This document shows positions 1 to 10,985 of a stretch of 64,000 nucleotides of DNA, piece after piece. Source of the DNA: Monocercomonoides exilis PA203. Taxonomy: Eukaryota > Protista > Preaxostyla. The DNA is taken from positions 1 to 64,000 of the forward strand of contig LSRY02000003.1 of assembly GCA_001643675.2 (NCBI GenBank). Reading direction: 5' to 3'. The notes beneath the pieces were generated by a model, which was not told the origin of the DNA, made no database searches, and worked only from the letters and a program-made list of their open reading frames with translations. Position 1 is the first letter of the stretch; every line of letters starts with the position of its first letter. A program made the position numbers and the translations under genes.

Positions 1-3000
1 CCTCCCTAACCCTAACCCTAACCCTAACTCCTAACCCTAACCCTAACCCTAACCCTAACCTAACCCTAACCCCTAACTCCTAACCCTAACCCTAACCCTA
101 ACCCTAACCCTAACCCTAACCTAACCCTAACCCTAACCCTAACCCTAACCCTAACCCTAACCCTAACCCTAACCTCCTAACCCTAACCCTAACCCTAACC
201 CTAACCCTAACCTAACCCTAACCCTAACCCTAACCCTAACCCTAACCCTAACCCTAACCCCTAACCCTAACCCTAACCCTAACTCTAACCCCAACCCTAA
301 CCCTAACCCTAACCCTAACCCTAACCCTAACCCCTAACCCTAACCCTAACCCTAACCCTAACCCTAACCCTAACCCTAACCCTAACCCTAACCCTAACCC
401 TAACCCTAACCCCTAACCCTAACCCTAACCCTAACCCTAACCCTAACCCTAACCCTAACCCTAACCCTAACCCTAACCCCTAACCCTAACCCTAACCCTA
501 ACCCTAACCCTAACCCTAACCCTAACCCTAACCCCTAACCCTAACCCTAACCCTAACCCTAACCCTAACCCTAACCCTAACCCCTAACCCTAACCCTAAC
601 CCTAACCCTAACCCTAACCCTAACCCTAACCCTAACCCCTAACCCTAACCCTAACCCTAACCCTAACCCTAACCCTAACCCTAACCCTAACCCTAACCCT
701 AACCCTAACCCTAACCCTAACCCTAACCCTAACCCTAACCCTAACCCTAACCCTAACCCTAACCCTAACCCTAACCCTAACCCTAACCCTAACCCTAACC
801 CTAACCCTAACCCTAACCCTAACCCTAACCCTAACCCTAACCCTAACCCTAACCCTAACCCTAACCCTAACCCTAACCCTAACCCTAACCCTAACCCTAA
901 CCCTAACCCTAACCCTAACCCTAACCCTAACCCTAACCCTAACCCTAACCCTAACCCTAACCCTAACCCTAACCCTAACCCTAACCCTAACCCTAACCCT
1001 AACCCTAACCCTAACCCTAACCCTAACCTAACCCTAACCCTAACCCTAACCCTAACCCTAACCCTAACCCTAACCCTAACCCTAACCCTAACCCTAACCC
1101 TAACCCTAACCCTAACCCTAACCCTAACCCTAACCCTAACCCTAACCCTAACCCTAACCCTAACCCTAACCCTAACCCTAACCCTAACCCTAACCCTAAC
1201 CCTAACCCTAACCCTAACCCTAACCCTAACCCTAACCCTAACCCTAACCCTAACCCTAACCCTAACCCTAACCCTAACCTAGTTTGAACCCTAACCCTAA
1301 CCTAACCCTAACCCTAACCCTAACCTAACCTAACCCTAACCCTAACCCTAACCCTAACCCTAACCTAACCCTAACCCTAACCTAACCCTAACCCTAACCC
1401 TAACCCTAACCCTAACCCTAACCCTAACCCTAACCTAGTTTGAACCCTAACCCTAACCCTAACCCTAACCCTAACCCTAACCTAGCTTGAACCTAGTTTG
1501 AACCCTAACCCTAACCCTAACCCTAACCCTAACCCGAACCCTAACCCTAACCTAACCCTAACCCTAACCCTAACCCTAACCCCAACCCTAACCCTAACCC
1601 TAACCCTAACCCTAACCCTAACCCTAACCCTAACCTAGTTTGAACCTAGTTTGAACCCTAACCCTAACCCTAACCCTAACCCTAACCCTAACCCTAACCC
1701 TAACCCTAACCCTAACCCTAACCCTAACCCTAACCCTAACCCTAACCTAACTAACCCTAACCCTAACCCTAACCCTAACCCTAACCCTAACCCTAACCCT
1801 AACCCTAACCCTAACCCTAACCCTAACCCTAACCCTAACCCTAACCCTAACCCTAACCCTAACCCTAACCCTAACCTAACCCTAACCCTAACCCTAACCC
1901 TAACCCTAACCCTAACCCTAACCCTAACCCTAACCCTAACCCTAACCCTAACCCTAACCCTAACCCTAACCCTAACCTAACCCTAACCCTAACCCTAACC
2001 CTAACCCTAACCCTAACCTAACCCTAACCCTAACCCTAACCCTAACCCTAACCCTAACCCTAACCCTAACCCTAACCCTAACCCTAACCCTAACCCTAAC
2101 CCTAACCCTAACCCTAACCCTAACCCTAACCCTAACCCTAACCCTAACCCTAACCCTAACCCTAACCCTAACCCTAACCCTAACCCTAACCCTAACCCTA
2201 ACCCTAACCCTAACCCTAACCCTAACCTAACCCTAACCCTAACCCTAACCCTAACCCTAACCCTAACCCTAACCCTAACCCTAACCCTAACCCTAACCCT
2301 AACCTAACCCTAACCCTAACCCTAACCCTAACCCTAACCCTAACCCTAACCCTAACCCTAACCCTAACCCTAACCCTAACCCTAACCCTAACCCTAACCC
2401 TAACCTAACCCTAACCCTAACCCTAACCCTAACCCTAACCCTAACCCTAACCCTAACCCTAACCCTAACCTAACCCTAACCCTAACCCTAACCCTAACCC
2501 TAACCCAAACCCTAACCTAACCCTAACCCTAACCCTAACCCTAACCCTAACCCTAACCCTAACCCTAACCCTAACCCTAACCTAGTTTGAACCCTAACCC
2601 TAACCTAACCCTAACCTAACCCTAACCTAACCCTAACCCTAACCCTAACCCTAACCCTAACCTAACCCTAACCCTAACCCTAACCCTAACCCTAACCCTA
2701 ACCCTAACCCTAACCCTAACCTAACCCTAACCCCTAACCCTAACCCTAACCCTAACCCTAACCCTAACCCTAACCCTAACCCTAACCCTAACCCTAACCC
2801 TAACCCTAACCCTAACCTAACCCTAACCCTAACCCTAACCTAACCCTAACCCTAACCCTAACCCTAACCCTAACCCTAACCCTAACCCTAACCCTAACCC
2901 TAACCCTAACCCTAACCCTAACCCTAACCCTAACCCTAACCTAACCCTAACCCTAACCCTAACCCTAACCCTAACCCTAACCCTAACCTAACCCTAACCT

Positions 3001-3109
3001 AACCTAACCCTAACCCTAACCCTAACCTAACCCTAACCCTAACCCTAACCCTAACCCTAACCTAACCCTAACCCTAACCCTAACCTAACCCTAACCCTAA
3101 CCCTAACCC
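1..3109. repeat. Telomeric array (CCCTAA)n, i.e. TTAGGG on the minus strand, with CCTAA/CCCCTAA variants and seven 11-nt CCTAGTTTGAA-type inserts
   Basis: Direct tandem hexamer array at the start of the window, in C-rich orientation as expected at a left chromosome end; it stops at ...CCCTAACCC|AGTACTT. Confidence 0.99.
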
Positions 3110-6100
3110 AGTACTTCCCACGAACATACAGCGAATATTTCCTTTGTACAAAATTGAAATTTTCTTCTTTCCAATTTTTGTTATCAGTTGTTAGTTATTT
3201 CAATTCATCATTTATTGAATATTCATCCATTTTTGTTTATCAACATTATTTGCAATAATGATTCATGTTCATTATCCCTTATCCAGTATAATAAATGTAA
3301 TTATTCTTTCCAATTAGTATTGATTGTTTTCTGAGGATATTAGTGTGAAAGTTTTCTTTCATTTTAGAGTATTCATTTGTTTTCCAGTTCTGTAATTCAC
3401 TATAATTTCTGTGCATAAAATTTGTACCATTCGCAATTATGAGTCAAGATATTCATTCAGCTGCAAAGAAAAATTATTAATAATACAAATAAATTGGCGA
3501 AACTTTCAAAAGAAACATACAAAACATGTAATTTCCACTTTCTGTTCATGATTCAAATAGTTCATTTCACGCATTATCGTTCTGCAATATTCTTGTCGAA
3601 TTTGAAATTCCAAAAAATATGAATGTTTCAAAATGGACCACTCTACGATAAAATGCATTCCATCCTTCAGAATGAATCCTTCTTTCCAGTTTTTGTTTCA
3701 ATAATGGAAATTAAAAATTTTTCATTTGAAAATATTGTTTTCTCATAACTTCATTTGTATTTCTTTATTAATCAAAACCACTCATTTTCGGAATATGATC
3801 TAGCAAGAAATATAATTCAAAAATGAGCTCAAACAAAGAAGACACTGTTTGCAATGATGATGCAACAATCCCAACGTCCAAAGAGTTGCTTCAATTCATT
3901 GATAATTTTTATGATAGTTATCGCAGGAATAAAAGTTTGCCTTGTTGTTTTTTTCACTGAAAATAATTGACTTTCATCTTTTTTATTTCTCAGTTGTTGA
4001 ACCGCATGAAATAATCGAAGACGAATCTGAAGAAGATAATGAATTGATGCCGAAAGCACAGGAAAGGAAAAGTTCCAAGTTGGTTCGAACTGCATGGCTT
4101 GGAGAAGAAGATGAAACAATTGGAGGAAGCGATGAATCAGACGTAGAAAATGTAATTTCAGCATTAAAATTAACGAACAGAATTTCGCGAAAAAGCAGTT
4201 CAAGGAAAAGCAGTTCTCAAAAACACACTTCCGTAGAAAACAATTCATCCAACGCTTGTGCAGATAATTCAAGTGTATCTTCTGAAGAATTTCATCGAAT
4301 CAAAATTGGTAAAAGCTTCAACATCGTTGAAGAAGAATCCAATGATGGAAGCGAAAATGAGCATGCTTCAGAAGAAGATTTGACAAGTGATGAACACGTA
4401 AGTCAGGAATCAGAATTTGCTGTAAATGAAACATTTCAGCCGAATTATGAAACAAGTCAGTCGATAACAACAAACAAAAGAAGGAAGGTAGATGAGTCTG
4501 ATTCAGAAAAAGACAATCAAGAGATGCCTTATCATTCAAGTTTCGAAAAGGATACGAATGATTACGTTGAGCCAAATGAAGTAAACTTGCTGTCGTGTGT
4601 TCAAATTGTTGATGGAGCAGATCAACCAGCTGATTCGGAGGAGCGTGATTTTCGAAAACTGATAATGGAGGAGCGTCTTTTCATGAAAAAGAAAATGGAG
4701 GAGCATTATAAAAGATTGAAGTTCTTCAAAAGCAAAATGTTGGAGGAGATGCATTTCATTGAAGAAATGAGTGATAACTATTCCAAAACGCAACATGAGT
4801 TTGATAGCTCAACAGAAGAGATGACAAAGGAAAAGGATTGTTGTACAAAATTCGTTGAAAACAAAACGAAATCATCTGAGAGAAATTCCAAAGAAACATC
4901 AAACAGTTGCGTACCACAAGGAAACGATCAGAAAAAGAAACAGGTGTTAAATGCAGCGCAGTTGAGAAAAGAAGCTTTAACTCCTAGAGATTTATCAACC
5001 AATTTCTCTCAATTGGATAGCGTTGAAACTGGACACAAAGACGAAAGAACGGAAAGTGAAAGCGCGGATTCTGAAGAGAAACTTGTTATCGGAAGCGAGC
5101 GTTACGAAGACATGAATCAAACGTATGAGCAGCTGGATTTGCGACTTGAAAGGGATCGAAACCAACCAACTTTCATGGATGCTGCGCTGGAATCGGCAGA
5201 TAGAAAAAAACTGAAGGAGTACTGCTTATTACCACGACAATACTCCCAGTCAACATTAAGAAAGCACAACTGGGTGCTTCGATTGTACGATTATTTTGCA
5301 AAAGATTTAGATTTTAAACCATTTCCCATTGAAATTGAATGTATTCGTGGTTTTTTACGTTTTTTGTGTAAAGACTGTCATTATAGTGTTGGTTCTGTAC
5401 AATCTGTTGTTGTTCCATCTTTAAAAAGAATTCAAACAAAAATGTTTAATGAACAAATAGATCAAAAACTTAATGATGGAATAAATTCTGTTGTGAGTGA
5501 ACTAAGAAGGAATAAAAGCCTTAAACAAAAAGGCGATGGAAAAGAACCATTAGTCACATTTGACGTAAAATATTTGATTAACAGTATTCCAGATTATTCA
5601 GAATTCAAAGCAGAAGATGCATCGTTATTTCTTTTTGCTTTGCATACTGGTTCACGAGCTGTAACTTGTGGTGGAATTAGATTGTGCGATATACGAAATG
5701 TCATAATCGAAGAAGATGGAACAATATTCGTGAAAATAAGACAAATGAGAACAAAAGGAAAAGATAATTGGAATCATGTTGTGACATTGGAAAACCAGAA
5801 TGAAGAAGATGTTGATTTAGATGCTGTATATTGGATGAGAAAACATATTTTAAACAAATTCAAAATGGATTTGTTTGAGAAAGACAAATGGCCGGTTGAA
5901 GATGAAAGGAGTGATTTAATTTGGACAAGAAATACTGAGGTGATGAGGACGAGATTAAAGAAAAGATTGGATCAATCTGGATTTCCTTCGGAATCATTTG
6001 GATTTCATTCATTGAGAAGTGGATTTTTGTGTTCAGCTTTAATGAATGCAGGTTCAAACAAAGAAGAGAGGAATTCAATTTTGGAAACTTGTGCGATGGT

Positions 6101-7250
6101 TGCTGGTTGGATTCCATTTTCTTATTCACAAATGGCATATATCAAAAAAACTGCATCTCAAACAGTTATTGCTTCTCGTGTAATTATTGTCAACAAAAAC
6201 AAACCGAGAAAAGCATTAATTGATGACAGATTGCTGAAGATAGAATCTTTCCACGGATTCAAATTGAAATCACAATCTTGGAATAGAGAAATCATCTTCT
6301 CAAAGTTCAATCGTGAAATTGTGAATAGAATGAAATTATTAAGAGAAGGGAAGAAAAATGATCAAAGGACAAATGAATATTTATTCAGAAAGGGATTAGG
6401 AAAGTTTGCTGAGGAAAATGAGGAGTTGGAAGAAAAAGCGAAAGAAAAATACCTTCCAAAGTTGGAAAAAGCATCACCTTCGAGCTATTGTTCAATCAAA
6501 GAGCACATCAGAGCTGAAATAGCAAGAAAAGATATCATCAACATTTTGTTATTGGATCCAACTTGCGTGAATCAACATGTCGAGATATTCTTAGATTTTA
6601 TGAAAAAGGAAAATCTCATCGAAAGAGATATCAAAAAATACAATTGTAAGAAGATAAAAGAAAATCGAAATCGTATGATAATGGAAAAGAGAGAAAAGGA
6701 TTATCTAGGAAAAAGAATTAGAAAAAGGTGGTCAAAGGATGAGGATGAAATATTGAAAGAACACAAGGCAAAAGAAGAAAGTTGGGTGAAAATTGCCTCA
6801 TTTCTTGAAAACAGAACAGCTGGAGATTGCAGTGATCGATGGAGAAACATAAAGAAAAAACAAGAAAGAAAGAAATTGAATATTTAATAACTTTTATTTC
6901 TTTATTTCATTATTTTTATCAGCTTTTATTCTCTTAAAGTTTGTTATTTTTATCAAATTTTTTCATTTGAAATATTTTCAAAATAAGAAATTTCAAAAAA
7001 CATTTTTTGAAAAATAAAAAATTGAAAGTATTTTTTTTCTTCTTCATTCTCATTAATTGTTTTTATATTGCACAGTAATAGAAAAGAGTTTATGACTTTA
7101 TTAAATTGTTTTAATTCACTATTATCAGAAAAAAGCCTCAAAGGTTTTTGTCCAAAACCTTCATGGTTATTTAGCAAGGTTATTTTCTCAATAACCTTGA
7201 GGAATATGTCAAAAAACGAATGCCAAAAAGGTATTAATGCAAGTCTAGGC
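3110..7250 (+). mobile_element. Putative telomere-inserted tyrosine recombinase-Myb element (copy 1, intact)
   Basis: Left flank ...CCCTAACCC (3109) and right flank TAACCCTAACC (7251-7261) join in telomeric register. The unit holds one intact YR-Myb gene and two subterminal palindromes (7141-7161, 7175-7199). Confidence 0.65.
3823..6887 (+). CDS. Tyrosine recombinase with acidic N-terminus and C-terminal Myb/SANT (telobox-like) domain, ~1001 aa; predicted intron 3935-3993
   Basis: Catalytic motifs HTGSRAVT (R), RTKGK (K), FHSLRSG (HxxR), AGW and SQMAY (Y). Core-binding-like region YSQSTLRKH...FPIEIECIRGFLRFL. C-terminal RKRWSKDEDEIL...WVKIA...NRTAGDCSDRWRNIKK. ATG 3823 plus a 59-nt GT..AG intron joins in frame to the 3942-6887 ORF. 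Confidence 0.9.
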
Positions 7251-7261
7251 TAACCCTAACC
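7250..7261. repeat. Interstitial telomeric remnant CTAACCCTAACC between YR copies 1 and 2
   Basis: Two telomeric units in the same orientation as the terminal array, at the point where copy-2 homology begins. Confidence 0.7.
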
Positions 7262-7264
7262 TTA

Positions 7265-9040
7265 AGAACATGGAAACAAAGGCTATGAGAACATGTCGGA
7301 TGAATATGGCAAGCAAAATTTGAGACTTGATAAAGAAAGAAACAGACAAACACTGATGGATGTTGGATTGGCAAACGAAAAAAAACAAAATATAGCTGAG
7401 CATTTCCTTCATCAGAGGAAATATGAACAGTCAACATTGCATAAGCACGCATGGGTGTTGCAGTTGTATGACTATTTTGCTGAAGACATGGATTTCAAAC
7501 CGTTTCCAATGATGCTTGAGTGTGTGAGAGGATTCATTCGCTTTTTGGCTTATGACTGTAGATACTGCGTTGGTTCAATTTATGCTGTTGTCCTTCCCTC
7601 ACTGAAACGAATACAAGTGAAAATGTTTAACAAGCCTATTGATGTACAGCTGAACACAGAATTAAACCTCATAGTGAACGAAATGAGATGGGATAAATCT
7701 TTTAAACAAAAGTGTGATGTGAAAGAGCCGTTAATGACATTTGATGTCAAATTCTTAGTTCATAGCATACCAAATTATTTCATGTCAAAAGATGAGGAGT
7801 GCTCTCTTTTTCTTTTCGCACTTCACACCGGAGCCAGAGCCATCACATGCGGAAATGTGAGGCTCTGTGATATAAGACAAGTTAAAAAAGAAGATGATTC
7901 TGTTAATTTAAAAATTCGACTAATGAGAAATAAGGGAAATGACAAGTGGAATCACATATTTCTGCTTGAAAACCAAACAGAAGAAAACAGATCACTGGAT
8001 GCTGTGTATTGGATGAGACAGCACATTCTTCTTAAGTTTGGTGAGGACTTATTTCTTAAAGAAGAGTGGCCTTTGAAAGAAAAATCTGAAGAATTAATTT
8101 GGAGCTGGAGTTCAGAAACAATGAGAACCAGATTGATGAAGAGACTGGAGCTTGCTGGTTTTCCTCCAGAAAATTTCGGTTTTCATTCTTTTCGCAGTGG
8201 ATTCTAATGCTCTGCTTTGATGAATGCTGGTTCTAACAAAGAGAAAAGAAATTCAATTCTTGAAACGTGTGCATTTATTGCTGGTTGGATTCCATATTCA
8301 AGGTCACAAATGGTGTATGTGAAAAAATCTGTATCACAAAATTTAATTGCTTCTCGAGTAATAATGAAAAGTTCTGACAAGAGGAAAAAATCATTTGTTG
8401 AAAAGAAGTTGTTGAGAACAGAATCATTTCATGGGTTCAAGCTGCAATCAAACAAATGGAATGACGACATTATTTTCGTAAATTTCTATCATCAAATTTT
8501 GAACAAGCTGAAAAAGGAAAGAGATAGAAAGCGCAATTCAACGGATACGTGCATACACTTGTTTCACGAGTTCTTTCTCAATACTCAGAAGAGGAGCCAG
8601 TTTTGGAGGAGAAAGCGAAATTAAAACATCTTCCACTATTGGAGAAGAGTAAATCAAGTTCACACTTTCAAAAAAAACCTAATATGCGGAGTGAAATTGC
8701 GAGGAAAGATTTGTTGTTTATTCTGAAATTGGATCAGTCAAAATTGAATGAAATGGTTGAGATGTTTTGGAGTTTTATGAAAGAGAAAAACTTTGTCGAG
8801 AAAGAAGTGAAAACGAGAAATATTCAACGAAAAAATGAAAGCGAGACGATAATGAAATTAGAGAAAAGAGAAAAAGATAAAACCGGAAAAAGAAAAAGAA
8901 GAACATGTACAAAAGAAGAAGATGATATTTTGAAAGAACACAAAAATAAGGGAGAAAAGTGGATTGAAATTGGCAATTTCTTGAAAATAGAATTGCAGGA
9001 GATTGTTATGACAGATGGAGAAACATTAAGAAAAAAGAAA
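7265..9040 (+). pseudogene. YR-Myb copy 2: 5'-truncated, with a nonsense codon and frameshifts
   Basis: ORFs 7293-8207, 8217-8624 and 8549-9205 are colinear with copy 1 (HTGARAITC, FHSFRSGF*CSAL, AGWIPYS, Myb remnant). The acidic N-terminal ~420 aa are absent. Confidence 0.9.
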
Positions 9041-9357
9041 AAAAAGAAAATTTGTCTTCATATTTCATTTTTTTTTCTTATTTTTTTTTTGTTTTTCAAT
9101 TATTTTTTCCTTTCTTTTCATTATCTTTACATTTTGTTTTTTATTTTGATTTCAAACTTTTATCATTCAAATGAAATAAACATAAAATTCAAAGAATATT
9201 ATTAACAAATATTGATGAATTTTCTCTTTTCGTTTTCTGAGTATTAGAAATAATAAGTTTATTGACTTGTATTTCTAAATCAAGTATTAAATATTCATTT
9301 TATTATAATATAATAAAAGTTATATTGTTTATTCTTTATTCATTCAAAACACTGTTA

Positions 9358-9359
<2 letters not shown>

Positions 9360-9402
<43 letters not shown>
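9360..9402. repeat. Poly(T) tract
   Basis: About 43 consecutive T. Confidence 0.9.
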
Positions 9403-9403
<1 letters not shown>

Positions 9404-9983
9404 AAAAGTCGCAAGTTTATCAATCTGTTGGATTTATTAATCAAATCTTTTTTTTATCATTTTTGTTAATACATATATCACATTACTCCACGATGCAAAT
9501 ATTATGATGTGAAATTTGTTTTTCATAAAAATTCACATTTCGATAAAATATCTTGGACATATATCAAAAAATGATTCTAATTGTGTTTTGTTTTTGTTTT
9601 CCATTTTTATCATATTTTATTATTCAAAAATAATTTCACATAGATGTATAAGAATGATGAGCTTTTTTTTGATTAATAAAAATGAAATATTCTATTAATT
9701 TCAGCAATGTTTTGGAATAATTCGTTTTTGTCTTTGTGTTTATTAAAAAACGAACAATCAAATTTAAAAGTCAAACAGATAATAAATGATTTATCAACCC
9801 ATTTATAAATGTTTCGAACAAATTTTGATAAAATTGCAGCTTTCCATGAGCCAAACATGATATTTTTCAAAATTATCTTTTATTAATCATTTGAATTATT
9901 AGAAAAAACAGGTTACGGATTTATCAAAACCGACATTTTTTTAAATAAATCTCGTTAATGACAACCGCTCTGTACTAACCTAA

Positions 9984-10985
9984 TCAACATTAAATGTTGT
10001 GTGGTGGCTGGAGAAATTTTTGGTTCAGGAGTATGGTCTATCTCTTACAAATTTTGACAATTGGAATCTTGGAATATCGGGAAAACAGTTTTTTTGGGGG
10101 ATTAGAATCGGTGTAATGAGAGTCAGACTTCAAAAAAGAGCCAAACAAGCAGTGTACTCGGAAACCATGTTCGGATTTCATTCTCTTTGTTCTGGATTTA
10201 TCTGTTCTGCTTTGTTGAAAATCCAAAATAATCCTGAATTAAAAGAATCAGTTTGAGAAGTGACTGCATTTGTTGCAAAGTGGCAACAGGGAGGAGAAGT
10301 TCAAAGCAGATATGTCAAACTGTCTGAGAAAGCAACAATAATTGCAAATCGTCTAATGTTTCCAAATGATGTGATTGAATCTGATCAACTGTTTGATATG
10401 GACTCATCTGAGCCAACTGTTTATCACAGTGTTCAATCAAAAGCAAGTGAATGGAACATTCGGATGATCATAGAATCATTTAACACATATGTTTTGGAGG
10501 TGATATAATATTCTTGTAGTTTATTGTATTACCCATATTTGTTTGCAATAAAACTGAATAGGATGGCAGCAGAAAAATACATCAAAAGTGAAAATATAAA
10601 AAAGGAAAAAGGAGAGTCTGCATTATCAGCGACTCGGAAATATATTTGTCAACTATTAAATGATGAAAAGTTGGTTATTATTTTCGTCGCAGTGAAATAA
10701 TTGGAGCATATCAAGGAATATTTGAATGGAGACGTTTTATTGGATATCAAATCTGCAAAGGTGAGAACAAAACTGAGTGAAGAAAGAGAAATCAATCAAA
10801 TTACGAAAAAGAAAACCAGAATCAGATGGTCAAAAAAAGAAGATGAGGTCTTGATCGATGGGATCGAACAAAAGAAAACATTCAAAGAAATTTGTGCAGA
10901 CTTGCCTTTGCGTACATGGAACTCATGCAGAGACAGTGTGAGAACAATCATAAAAATGCAACAAAAAAAAACAATCAATGTATAA
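9984..10985 (+). pseudogene. YR-Myb copy 3: divergent and heavily 5'-truncated
   Basis: VVWWLEKF, FGFHSLCSGFICSAL, VAKWQQGG...QSRY, and Myb RIRWSKKEDEVL...RTWNSCRDSVR; interrupted by stops. Confidence 0.85.

Noticed and set aside
1651-1980. 109-aa NP/LT-repeat ORF
   Set aside because: It is a translation of telomeric repeats starting at a TTG in a variant insert; not a gene.
1-3109. CRISPR-like or coding interpretation of the recurring 11-mer
   Set aside because: The intervening sequence is plain telomeric repeat, with no unique spacers and no cas genes.
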